Source: Octopus sinensis
Lineage: Eukaryota
Direction: 5' to 3'
Length of the DNA stretch: 64,000 bases
Assembly: GCF_006345805.1 (NCBI RefSeq)
Contig: NC_043017.1
Span: 2,604,001 to 2,668,000, forward strand
Position numbers and translations under genes: made by a program. Shown here piece after piece: positions 12,273 through 24,383 of the stretch; positions within the stretch are counted from its first letter, which is position 1; each line of letters opens with the position of its first letter. The notes beneath the pieces are model-generated. The model saw nothing but the letters and a program-made list of their open reading frames with translations. It was not told the DNA's origin and ran no database searches.

Positions 12273-12639
12273 GGAGGTGCAATGGTCCAGTGGTTAGGGC
12301 AGCAGACTTGCGGTCATAGGATTGCAGTTTCAATTCCCAGACTGGGTGTTGTGAGTGTTTATTGAGTGAAAACACTTAAAGCTCCAGGAGGCTCTGGCAG
12401 GGGTTGGGGTGGCAAATCCTGCTGTATTCTTTCACAACTTTCTAACACTCTTTCTTTCTGTTTCTGTTGTACCTGTATTTCAAAGGGCCAGCCTTGTCAC
12501 ACTCTGTGTCACGTTGAATCTACGTTAAGGGTCCATGTGTCTGTGGAGTGCTCAGCCACTTGCACGTTAATTTCATAAGCAGGCTGTTCCGTTGATCGGA
12601 TCAACTTGAACCCTCGTCATTGTAACCGACGGAGTGCCA
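12273..12639 (+). mobile_element. SINE family E, full length
   Basis: A box TGGTCCAGTGG, B box-like GTTTCAATTCC; decayed TSD ATTGC(T/C)AGTT on both flanks; degenerate relatives near 830-960, 3960-4060 and 44790-44935. Confidence 0.7.
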
Positions 12640-12674
12640 TTAAATTGCCAGTTGTATTGCATTAATCCTTTCTT

Positions 12675-12852
12675 CCATAGGCACAAGGCCTGAAATTTTG
12701 TTGGGGAGGGGACCAGTCGATTGCATCAACACCCAGTGTTTTTCACAGGTACTTAATTTATCGATCCCGAGAGAATGAAAGGTAAAGTTGACCTCAGTGT
12801 AATTTGAACTCAGAATGTAGCAGCAGATGAAATACCGCTAAGCATTTCACCC
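12675..12852 (-). mobile_element. SINE family B fragment
   Basis: Reverse complement of the GAGTTCAAATT...CCTTTCAT...GGG.TCGATAAATTAAGTACC core. Confidence 0.8.
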
Positions 12853-14201
12853 ATGTTCAATTCCAAAGCATGGAACCATAGTTTTGAGCCAGCCCAAAGG
12901 GAAACTGTGCTGAAGCTATCATGTCCTGTACTTGTTCTCATGTTGTCTGTTCTTTGGTTGTTGACCACTTCTTGGACCTTCAGAGCTTTTAGTAGCAGTC
13001 CTAGTCATGTAGCAAGCAAGAATCCATGGATAACGTCATCGTTTACCATCACCAGTTCTTGCAAGAGAGCATTGCTCTTATCTGATGAAATTCTAAAGCA
13101 AGAAATGGAATGCATGGCAGTGGTAACAAAGTGACCTCTCCAAGAACCTCAAGCCAATCTATGTCTGGTGAATGATCTTGACAGGCAGAATTGGTTGGGA
13201 AGTACCCAGTGTTTGCTATGAAGTGGATTGACATTAGGGAGGGCATCTTGCTGTAAAAGTCATTTCAAAGCTGACGATGGAGTTTGGTGCAGTCCTGTGG
13301 CTTGCTGCCCCCTTGTCAAACTGTCCACCACATAACATCGCACACACATACATAAATGGAACAAGCTTTCAGTTTCTGTCCACCATATTCACTCACAAGG
13401 CTTTCATTAGCCTGAGGCTACAGTAGGAGAAACTATCCTAAAGTACCATGCTGTGGGAATGGACCTTCAATCATGTGTTAGGGAAGCAAATTTCTAACCT
13501 CACCATATTTCTCCTGAAGTTAGAGGCTTAATCAGTCAGCGTTGAGTAAAACTCTCTGATCAAAAGCACTCCACGTGTGACCACCCTGTTATTTGCATTG
13601 CGTGTTTCTGACTTTATTACCTTAGTATGTCCTTTGTTGAGGAAGATTAGGCTTCTATTTCTTGTAACTTGAGCAACCATGTTGTAGAGGGGTCGATAAA
13701 GCAGTTTGAGAATATTAGTCCTGCCCTTTCTCACCCTCCTCCGTGGGCCCTTAGACTGGTGCATCTACCTGTGTAGCTCTAAGGTTATTAAATTCGTGCA
13801 ACCGTGTGACTTCCTTGTGTCGATCAACGATTGCCAACATTTGCCCTGGCGTGAATTTCCTCTTTCGCTTCTGTGTTGATGGCTTGCACAGAAAAAATAA
13901 AAATAAAGGAAAAACAGAAAGAAAACACATGAAAAATAAAAAATTAAAAGGATTGTATATATTGTGTTATAAATATATATAATTACAAACATATCCTCTC
14001 ATACACACACACACATTTACCTACACATGCGTACCTATATGTGTGTGTGTGTATGTATATATGTGTGCATATATGTATTTATATATGTGTGTGTATGTAT
14101 GTGTGTATATATATGTATATGTATGTGTGTCTATGCATGTGTGTAAATAATATATATATATATATTATTTATAAAAATATATATATATATATTAATCTTA
14201 C

Positions 14202-14239
<38 letters not shown>

Positions 14240-14820
14240 TTGATTTTCTTATATATATATTAATCTTATTGCATATATTCATATATATTGATTTATTTAT
14301 AAATATATATACATATATATATATTTATTAATCTTACTGCATACATATAAAATAAATGAAATACTAATATGTATAATTTTTCACACACATGTGCACACAC
14401 ACACACATATATATATATGTGTGTGTGTGTGTGTATAATTGCTTATATTTACATGTCCACCACCGTCAACCATACAAGCTTTACATTATGAAGAGTAATT
14501 AATCAGTTAAGTTGCAAAACTTGTTCCAATCCTTGGACTCCTCTCTTACCCCCCACCCCACCACGACCACCACCACCGACACCACCGACCTGCAATCTGC
14601 TGCCATCAATTCATTGTAGCCTTTTGTGTTTTACTGCTTCACGGAATCTCCATTCAGGTTTCTTCACTTCCAATTAGTATCTTTTTCACATTAGAGCTAC
14701 CGCCATCATCGTCATCATTATCGCTGTAATTATAACATTCATCGTCAGTGTAATTATAACCATGATTATCTAATGTTTCTCATTCTATGTAATTTGTTAT
14801 TATCATTATTATCATTATTA

Positions 14821-14856
<36 letters not shown>

Positions 14857-14858
<2 letters not shown>

Positions 14859-15252
14859 GGCAGTGAGCTGGCAGAATTGTTAGCACACTGGGCGAAATGC
14901 TTAACAGTATTTCGTCTGTTGCTCTGTTCTGAGTTCAAATTCTGTTGAAGTCGACTTTGCCTTTCATCCTTTCGGGGTCGATTAAATAAGTACCAGTTAC
15001 GCACTGGGGTCGATATAATCGACTTAATCCGTGTGTCTGTCCTTGTTTGTCCTCTCTGTGTTTAGCCCCTTGTAGGCAGTAAAGAAATAGGTATTCCATC
15101 TGTCACTGCGTTCTGAGTTCAAATTCCATTGAGGTCAACTTTGCCTTTCATCCTTTTGGGGTCGATAAATTAAGTACCAGTTGCATACTGCGGTCAATCT
15201 AATTGAACCCCCCCCCCCTTATGAATTTTGGGCCTTGTACTGAGAGTAGAAT
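14857..15252 (+). mobile_element. SINE family B, dimeric form
   Basis: GAGCTGGCAGAA head and two copies of the core GCCTTTCATCCTTT(C/T)GGGGTCGAT..A..AAGTACC (resembles the Meta-SINE central domain, from memory); preceded by (ATT)n. Confidence 0.85.
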
Positions 15253-15509
15253 AAAACATAGAATGGGTTGAGACTCAGTATTGCAAGGTGCCTTACCTGC
15301 TTCTCTGCCATTTCTGCTGCCAACCTCTCTCTTGTAATTCTTTCTCTTATTCTACTTGTTTCAGTCTTTTGCCTCTGACCATGCTGGAGCACCGCCTGGA
15401 AGGGTTTTAGTAGCACAAATCGACCACAAGACTTTCAAGCATTGGTGGTGGGGACTCACACACACACAGATGCACACACACACACACATATATGTATAAT
15501 ACAGTTCTA

Positions 15510-15732
15510 TATTTAAGAGATGAGGAATTATGTACATTATTTACATTCAATGGATATTTGTCCTCATCTTGTTTGTTGTTAACCCAACATTTCGGCTGAT
15601 ATACCCTCCAGTCTTCATCAGGTGTCTTGGGGAAATTTCGAACCTGGGTTCTCATTCCTAAGGTATTTTTTGATATTATTATTACTACTATTCAGGTCAC
15701 TACATGGAATTGAACTCAGAATCTTGGGGTTA
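15510..15732 (-). mobile_element. tRNA-SINE with hammerhead-like tail, left arm of inverted pair
   Basis: Minus strand: B box GAGTTCAATTCC, (AAT)n spacer, then CTGATGA...GAAA motif; inverted relative to 15728-15955. Confidence 0.8.
15581..15626 (-). ncRNA. Minimal type I hammerhead ribozyme motif (Penelope-like), slightly decayed
   Basis: Minus strand ACAC-CTGATGA-AGACTG-GAGGGTATAT-CAGCC-GAAA-TGTT-GGGT; both catalytic boxes are intact, with single mismatches in the stems. Confidence 0.65.
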
Positions 15733-15955
15733 AGAGTGCGGGTTACTAACCCCAAGATTCCGAGTTTGTTTCCTGAATAATTATAATAATGATAATGATA
15801 TTAATAACAACATCGAAAAATACCTTAGGCATGAGAACGCAGGTTCAAAATTCCCCCAATACACCTGATAAAGGCTGGAGGGTATATCAGCCAAAATGTT
15901 GTGTTAACAACAAGCAAGATGAGGACAAATATCCATCAAATGTAAATAATATATG
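15728..15955 (+). mobile_element. tRNA-SINE with hammerhead-like tail, right arm of inverted pair
   Basis: Partial tRNA head, (AAT)n, then ACAC-CTGATAA-AGGCTG-loop-CAGCC-AAAA-TGTT-GTGT at 15861-15904 (stems intact, core mutated). Confidence 0.8.
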
Positions 15956-15969
15956 TATAATATAAATGA

Positions 15970-16130
15970 CGTACTTCTTTCAGTTTCCATCTACCAAATC
16001 CATTCACAAGGCTTTGGTCGACCTGAGGCTATAGTAGAAGGCACTTGTCCAAGCTGTCACGCAGTGGGACTGAACCCGGAACCAGGTGCTTGGGAGGCAA
16101 GTTTCTTACCACACAGCCATGCCTGTGCCT
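15970..16130 (-). mobile_element. SINE family A head; its tail lies at about 15340-15460, split by the inverted pair
   Basis: Head and tail halves lie in the same orientation on either side of the insert. Confidence 0.75.
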
Positions 16131-16548
16131 AATTATCAACTTTATCTTTAACATAATCTAATTACAGGACTTAATTAAAAAAAAAGAAATGAGAGAGAGA
16201 GATAAAAACCGTGAATGGCAAAGGTGTAGATATCGCACATACACCGAAGCATGAATTCTTCACCGTTCCCATCTCTGTCTCGCATGCAATCTGTGAAAGA
16301 CATAAACAGAGATTAGAACTGTAAGTCAGATCTCTGTTACATCAACATCTGTTTCGCTCATTGATTCCTGCTATAAAATAAGGGCCCCTTCTTTGTATCA
16401 GCATGTCAGTCTCTGGGGTAAAAAAGCTTTCTCGTATCCTTACGATCCCAGGCTCCCCGTTTTCAGCTTTTTAACCCAGTTTGTCAGTGGTAGATAAGTG
16501 TGTTAATCTATTTACTTACACGTTGTTTGCATGTAGATGTGTGTGTAT

Positions 16549-16599
<51 letters not shown>

Positions 16600-18182
16600 C
16601 ACACACACGTCTGCTTGTTACAACATACATACATATGCACTTCCTCTGTCTCTGTACTGACACACACACACACTCATAGATGCAAGACTGTGTGTGTGTG
16701 TGTGTATAATATACCCACGCCAGCATGGAAAGCAGAAGTTAAATGATGATAATCTATATACTTATGTATATATTATGTAGATATAGATACACACATATAT
16801 ATATACATCTGTTTATATGTATATATATATAACTACATATATACATGTATTTATATATTTGACCTGTTTATACCATATGTTATATATATATACATATATA
16901 CATACACACACACAAATATATATAGCACCATATACACCACATACACTTATGTATATGTATGTATATACATCCATATATACCTACATACATACATTTATAT
17001 TATACATATACACACACACACATATCAGGCATCTTTGCCTAACATCTTCCACATAGATGAAAGTCAAAGACAGGCTTGATGTGTGTGTTTGTGCGTGTGT
17101 GTGTGTGTGTGTGTACAGTGAGTGGATTTGGTATGCATCCTACATGTGTGTGTGTGTGATGTGTGATTGCCATGAAGAGGAATTGCCATTATTCAAGCAA
17201 TGTTGCTTATTGCTGGTCCTCTATGATGACCATGAGTAATTATTTGTTGGGAAAGAGGTGAGGGTTAGTGACAGGATGAGCATCCATCTGTAGAAAAGCC
17301 AGAGGAATGTGTGCATGCATATGTATATTCTTTTATTCATTTCTTGTGGCCATGCTGGGGCACTGCCATAAAGGGTTTTAGATGAACAAATTGACCCCAA
17401 GGACTTGTCTTTTCTGGGTTTTTTCAAGCCTGGTACTTATTCTATCAGTTACACTTTGCCAAACTGCTAAGTTACGGGTACATAAATACATGGACACTGA
17501 TTGTCTGGTGGTGTTGGTGACAAACACATATAAAGACACACAATAGATACATACGTATGTATATATGACAGACTTCTTTCAGTTTCCTCCTCCCAAATCT
17601 ACTGGAACCATGGGATTGAAAATGATTTTAATGTCTGTTCATCATCATTGTTTAATGTCCGACTTCCATGCTGGTATGGGTGGGACAGTTTGAGACGAGC
17701 CAACCTTAGGTTGGATGCAAAATTGAAGAAGAATGATAAACCTGTGTCCATGAGGTTGACTTCAAACCCTAAACAAGCAAAAGTAAGACCTGATTCCAGA
17801 GAGTAATGTTGTTGACAACAGGATTTTAAGCTTCTCAACTGGGTCCATAAAAATTTTTGTGGAGGCACGTATCTTAGCGGTTAGTGTGTTGGACTCATGA
17901 TCGTAAGATTGTGGTTTCGAATCCTGGTGCAGGCGACATGTTGTGTTCTTGAGCAAAACACTTCATTTCACATTTCTCCAGTCCACTTAGCTGGCAGAGA
18001 TGAATAATCTTGCGACGGAAACTGGGAAACTGGCCTTTATGATCCGGCATGACTCAAAAAAGTAACTTTACCTTATTTTGCTGTTAAAATTCATGCGCAA
18101 TAAATTGCTTATAAGTTCTCCAACACACGAAATATTTTGGCAGTTTTTTAATGCAATTTCTCATAACATTCAATTATGAATT

Positions 18183-18385
18183 AGGCAGGGAACTGGCAGA
18201 ATTGTTAGCACACTGGACAAGAGGCTTCTTCCATCGTTTCATCACTAATTTCAAATTCTGCTGAGATCGACTTTGCCTTTCATCTTTTCGGGGTTGATAA
18301 ATCGAGTACCAGTTGAGTACTGGTGTTGATGTAATCAACTATCCACCTCTGCCATATTTCAGGCCTTGTGCCTATAGTAGAAAGG

Positions 18386-18418
<33 letters not shown>

Positions 18419-18630
18419 GAGGAGGCGAGCTGGCAGAATCATTAGCACACTGGACAAAATGCTTTGTGGTATTTCATCAGTTTTTATGTTCTGAGTTCAA
18501 TTTCTGCTGAGGTCAGCTGCACCTTCCATCCCTTCAGGATCAGTGAAATAAGCACCTGTTGACCCCTGGAGTCATTCTAATTGACTTCACCCAACTCCTG
18601 GTCTTGCTGGCCTTGTGCCAAAGTTTGAAG
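18183..18630 (+). mobile_element. Two tandem family B monomers separated by (ATT)n
   Basis: Each has a CTGGCAGAA head, the central core and a GGCCTTGTGCC tail. Confidence 0.8.
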
Positions 18631-18771
18631 CCGGTATTTAATTATTTTTAAACATCCAGTGGGTGTTAAGGTCCACCTGAGTGAAACCAGAATGAAAGGG
18701 GCCCATATGCTGAAAAAATGGTTGAGATTTACTGTTGTAGTTGATGACATAAGGGACATTGCATAGGTGAA

Positions 18772-19036
18772 CCCACATCGCTAGTTCTGCTTACCAAAAG
18801 TGGCCTACTTGGCACCATGCATTCGTCACAATATACGGCCGCCTCTGATCGAGAGACGAGTTGCCCGCGAGGCCGTCACTGTCCCCAGGGCCTCCAGTCG
18901 TTTGCTTTACCCGACAGAATTGCGTGTCATTCTCCCACTGGCGCCAGCTATGTTAAGGGAAACTTCGGAGGGAACCAGCTATTAGACAGCTCGACTGGTC
19001 TTTCGCCCCTACACCCGGTTCTGACGATCAATTTGC
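18772..19036 (-). pseudogene. Dispersed 28S (LSU) rRNA fragment
   Basis: Minus strand contains conserved LSU motifs AGGGGCGAAAGAC, TAGCTGGTTCCCTCCGAAGTTTCCCT, ATAGCTGGCGC and GCCACTTTTGGTAAGCAGAACT in the correct order; no other rDNA sequence nearby. Confidence 0.92.
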
Positions 19037-19549
19037 CCCTCTCCACCTTCCTCTCACTTTTGCTACATGGGAAGTGTCACCAATTCAACCATTCCATTTA
19101 AGCAACATGGATTCTGTTTTGTTGTTGTTGCTATTCCATGTGTCATTTTCATCATCATCATCATCATCATCAGGGTCTGCTTTTCTATGTTTGGATGGCG
19201 TTTAATGAATCAGGTTCTCTGTGGCCGGATGCCTTCCCTGTTGCTAACCCTCAGCCATTTCCAAGCTGGGTGTTTTTTTTTTAATTATTTTCCCCTCAGT
19301 GCCACATGTACTTATCGCAGAATATTGGAAATGAACGACACTGCTTGTATGACAGGGATGCTCATTTACGACTATCATGCTGTCATAACGGAACACAGTG
19401 GGACTGAACCTGGGACCATGTGGGTGGGAATCTGACATCTTAACCACATGACCATGCCTGCAACTATGTACTACTTACGCATGTTTATGTAAGTATGTAC
19501 ATGCGTGTGTGTGTGTGTGTGTGTGTTTGTATGTATGTGTGTATCTACG

Positions 19550-19618
19550 GTGTCCGTAAATTATTTTTACAACTTCCATGCTTTTAAGCTACATATTGTA
19601 TACAGACTTTATGGACAC
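19550..19618. mobile_element. Tiny MITE-like remnant
   Basis: 11-bp imperfect inverted repeat GTGTCCGTAAA / TTTATGGACAC. Confidence 0.35.
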
Positions 19619-19713
19619 TCTTTGCTGTGTGTGTGTGTGTGATCAATATGCAAATACTTTTGTTATGCATCACTGCTGCTGCTATGTTGCCACATCTATG
19701 ATGGCAGCAGATG

Positions 19714-19744
<31 letters not shown>

Positions 19745-22701
19745 TACCATCACTATAAAATCACTACAACCAAAACTGCAACAACCACCTTCATGAATAC
19801 AATAGCACATGCACCACACCAACACTACAGCTCACACAGCTTTATCTACTAAACATATATATATATCTATATATAGATTTATATAGATATGTATATATGT
19901 ATATGTATATAAAATATGATGCACTTATATAAACAAGCATATGCACACACACACTCACTCACACACGTATACATAATATGTATTACTTCGCACACATATC
20001 CGCACATTCACATACAATAGAGAACACCTGAATATCTCTCACTTCTATCACACCTTTACAACGGCAACAAAAACAAGACATTAACTCTCTCAGTACCAAT
20101 TACACTACACACACACACACACACACACACTCTCTCTCTCGCACACACACGCATTCACGTACGCACACACACACAGAATGGTTTCCTCTCTCTCTCTTCA
20201 TCTTTCCCCCCTCCTGGTGCTAACCCATTAAATGTTGGCAAGGATTTCACCTGGTATATGTATCCTGTTCATGTCTCGGCTCTTTAATACACACCATTAT
20301 ATTTCCTCTTATAACATACTAAGAAGAAAGAAAGAAAACAAAACAAAAGTCAAAATCACCTCATTAAGTTTTTTCTTTGTCTTTTTTATTTCTTTTCTTT
20401 CTTTCTTTTTTTTTTTTTTTAAATAATGTTTCTCTCAGAAATTTTATTTTTATTTTATTTCATTTTTATTTTTATTTTTATTTTCCATTCTGTTGTTGGA
20501 AAAGTTTATTTTTGTTTCTATTCTTCATCAAATTCATCATTTTATGCTCCCACTGACATCTTTTTATTTCTATTTTTATATTAGTTTTGATTGTTTGTTT
20601 TTTTCGTTCTTTCCCTGGTGAGTAGGTTTGATAGGTACTTAAATTCTAACATTTGTGAAAGTAAAATACATTTCACTTCTTTCTTTCGCAGTTTTGTAGT
20701 GAAGAGATGCCTGTTGAGCAAAAGCTGATGTGAGGCTACCATCTTGAAGCAGGCCTTTGTTAGGCACCAATCGGGAAAGACATAAATGGCACAATGTGCC
20801 AACCCCTGTCCCCGCATTGGCTAAAAGCGGAATTACTTTCATTTCTGAACCAATTAGATTTTAACCATTACTGGTCTTGTCTATGTCTACCTTAACAGCA
20901 CCACCTACAAAAGTCTTTAAGTTATATTTTAGAACACCAGATGCTGTACATGTAGCAAATTGTTGGCCAATACGCCTCCAGGTGTTGCCAAGGCAATGAA
21001 CTGGCCAAATGCTTAGCGGCATTTCGTCCATTTTTATGTTCTGAGTTCAAATTCTGTTGAGGTTGGTTTTCCTTTTCATTCCTTTTGGAGTCAATAAAAT
21101 CGGTACCAAATGAGAACTGGAGCCAAAGTATTTGACTTCCTCCCCACCACCCCAAAATTATTGTCCTTGTGCCGAAATTTGAAATTTGAAACCTGGTATG
21201 AATCCAGGTGTGTGTGTGTGTGCGTGTATATAGTGTGTGTATATGTATATGCATGTATGTATGAGTCTAGCTTCTGAAGTGCAAAAAACTAAGGCTTGTA
21301 TGTTGGAATGTGTATCCACTTTTATTGAAGATCTCTCTCTCTCTTCAGTTTGATTTCATGACATCTATTAACAAGCTAAACGGACGAATGTAATTTGATA
21401 GGAAAATAAAGAGAAATAACACCTGCTGGAAAGTCCCATGTCACAGGTGTTGTCAGGTGTTGTCGTTCCGCTGTACAGAGCTCAACTGGTGTTGCTCTAA
21501 AGAAGCAGTTGCTTGCTCGACATAATGGATTTTAACGTGGGTTTTGCACTGTGCTTGACAGGTCAATATGCAGCTATACTACTACTATTACTACTACTAC
21601 TATTTGGGCACCTTTTCCGTCGAGTCCTTCTTTGTCTTGAAGATGTTTGGGTTATGTTTTCTAACCAAAGTATTAAACAGGTGTATCGTGTAGTAACCTG
21701 ACTTTGTAGTGTTGCAGTGGACATGACGACCTCTCTAATGCTTGTGCCATAATAATGTGTTCAGACTGCGCTAGCCATAAATTAAAGAAAGCTAAGCTAA
21801 AATCGAAACAGACCGCCAGATGTAGTTGTGTGGTCCTTCTAGGATGATGGGGATTTGGTTTAAAAATAATCTGGGACATGTTGACCCTGTCCAATCCATA
21901 ATCAGTATAAGAAGAGGATGTAAACCACTGAGGAAGGAGTAAGAATTTTTCTGTTGTTTCTACTATAGTGAGTAACCATTTAGAAGTGTCTTCATTGTTG
22001 GGCATGGCTGGAACACCCTTGATTATAAATTCGCTCAGTTAAGGCTGATACTAGGCTAAACATCTACTATTATGACCAGTGCTCTTACACTTGTAGATAA
22101 TGAGGGAGGTTTCTCTGCGATCACTTTGTTTGCTGAAACACCTACCAAATCTTCCTAAAAAAAAAAACCCTTTCTTCAGGTGAATTAAAATCAAAATCCA
22201 AAATTTAAATTTAGGGTCTTTTCACAGGAAAAGTACAGAATGTATTTTGACTATTTTAACTGTCTGATCTCGGTGCTGGTTAAGGTGTATGTTGCGTGTC
22301 TGTGTACCTGCAGTGTACCTCCTGTCATCTCCTCCTCAGTCGCTTTTAATATGGGGGTAGCCATGCATCTCCTCTACACCAACAAACCCATTTCCTTTCC
22401 TCTATCAGACTTCAACCTCTCAACACTTTGCATAAATCTTCCTCCTTCTCCTCTCTCTCTACTATACTCCCCATTCAGTCAAGCAGTCTCTCTGGTCTTG
22501 CGAATTACATGACAACCTCGTTGGTGTTGGTGCCTTAAAATAAAATATGCTACGTGCACCTTGCAAAGTGTTTGGCATTAGAAAGAGCATCCAGCCGTAG
22601 ACACCATGCTGAAACAGTCCTTCGACTTGGTCAACCCTGTTAAACCCATGCAAGAATAGATGACGTATGTGTGTGCATAAATATATATATATAATGTATG
22701 T

Positions 22702-23036
22702 GAAGGCGCATGACTCAGTGGTTAGAGCATCAAGCTTACGATCGTGAGGTTGTGAGTTCGAATCCTGGACGGGGCTGCGTGTTGTGTTCTTGAGCAAGAC
22801 ACTTTATTTCACGTTGCTCCAATTCACTCAGCTGTAGAAATGAGTTGCGACGTCACTGGTGCCAAGCTGTATCGACCTTTGTCTTTCCCTTGAATAACAC
22901 TAGTGGCGTGGAGAGGGGAGGCTGGTATGCATGGGCGACTGCTGGTCTTCCATAAACAACCTTGCCCGGACTTGTGCCTGGGAGAGTAACTTTCTAGGTG
23001 CAATCCCTTGGTCAGTCATGACCGAAGCGGGGTCTC
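22702..23036 (+). mobile_element. SINE family C, full length
   Basis: A box TGACTCAGTGG, B box GAGTTCGAATCC, GTGTTCTTGAGCAAGACACT core; homologous to 29278-29590 and 48260-48607. Confidence 0.88.
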
Positions 23037-23504
23037 AGCAATGTATGTACACGTGCGTATGTTTGGATTGTGTACGTGGTGGGGTGTTTATATGCATATC
23101 TATGTATGCACATACACACACGTGTGTATGTCTGTATATAGAAATGTATATACGTCTGAGTAAAATATTGTGTGTGTTTAGAAACACGCATACATATATA
23201 TATATGTATATATATATATATAATGCATGCAAGCAGCGTATGTATCCACATGTGCGACTACTCTCACCAGCTGTGATCATTATTGTAATTTTTTAATTAA
23301 AATTTGTCCTTGTGCTCGTTTAACATGTGCATATGTATAGGCAACTTGCCTGCTTGTGTGTGTGTGTGTGTGTGTGTGTGCGTGGGTGGGTGTGTGCGTG
23401 CATCTGTTTGTATGTATTTATAAATAATATCAATGTATTTTGTCAGGTGATAAGTTTAAGAAATAAAGTTTTCCAATTTCTTTTTAAAAAATTCTATACA
23501 TGCG

Positions 23505-23546
<42 letters not shown>

Positions 23547-23550
23547 CTAA

Positions 23551-23669
23551 GGCGGCAAGCTGGCAGAATCGTTAGCACGCCGGGCGAAATGCGTAGCCGT
23601 ATTTCGTCTGCCGTTACGTTCTGAGTTCAAATTCCGCCGAGGTCGACTTTGTCTTTCATCCTTTCGGGG
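23551..23669 (+). mobile_element. SINE family B head, young (CpG-rich)
   Basis: GGCGGCAAGCTGGCAGAATCGTTAGCACGCCGGGCG...GAGTTCAAATTCCGCCGAGG. Confidence 0.85.
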
Positions 23670-23969
23670 TTTGCAGCTGTCGCTGATGTTGTCAACTTGC
23701 ATAACCAGACCTTGGATCAAATGTGTTCCAACCATGACTGCTCCCTATTTTCATCAGATATAATACACAGGAGGACAACATTATCTAATGAATCCATTTT
23801 GCTTCTTTTGAAGACGATGCTGTGTGAAATAGGGCTGATTTTAAATGCTATTTTTCTGTCAGGTCTAACGACGATTTGTACATTTGTGGTAGTAGTTCGT
23901 AGTTTGGTTCCATCTGTTATTCATCGATGTTAAATGAGATGAGATAAATACCAGAGATACTTTACCCCG

Positions 23970-24383
23970 AGCAGAAATTGCAGGAGCTACTCAGAGTTTT
24001 TGCAAGCTCTTTTAAATCCATTACAATGCTAGAAACCTTACCATATCGTCAGCAAATATCCCGGGTCACGAGCGTTTCGCTCCTTAGCCTGTATGCTTCA
24101 TTGAGTTGGACATCGAGGACTGAGCTAGTATCCAACTCCAGAAGGGTTCTGCTTGCGGTCTCTTACCAACCATAGCCATCTTGAGCTAATTTCAGCTGCC
24201 GTGCCAATGTCCTAAATGGCTTTCTTCGGATGCCTGGCTCCCAGATCTATCTTCTGCAGAAAATAGCATAATGACCCAGACAGAGCCGCGGCACCCGATT
24301 TCAATGGGGAATGAGGCCGCATGAAGCCACTCTTTGACGTGGGCCTCGTCGACCAAGTCTTGGTATTTCGATTTCTTTAACTG
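23970..24383 (-). mobile_element. 3' end of a decayed REL-endonuclease non-LTR retrotransposon (HERO/NeSL-like)
   Basis: Minus strand 24383-24125 translates as QLKKSKYQDLVDEAHVKEWLHAASFPIEIGCRG, then after a frameshift SLCYFLQKIDLGARHPKKAI*DIGTAAEISSRWLWLVRD; K..KY, PIEIGCRG and AAE.SSRWLW are typical of the HERO-clade C-terminus; probable 3' UTR follows. Confidence 0.85.

Noticed and set aside
16292-16345. TGAAAGACAT (miR-71-like 5' end) next to a short hairpin
   Set aside because: The match stops after 10 nt and is not positioned on a hairpin arm
24040-24105. GAAAC...CTGACGA in the HERO-like 3' UTR (type II hammerhead or SECIS-like order of motifs)
   Set aside because: The required closing stems do not pair; only a small hairpin is supported
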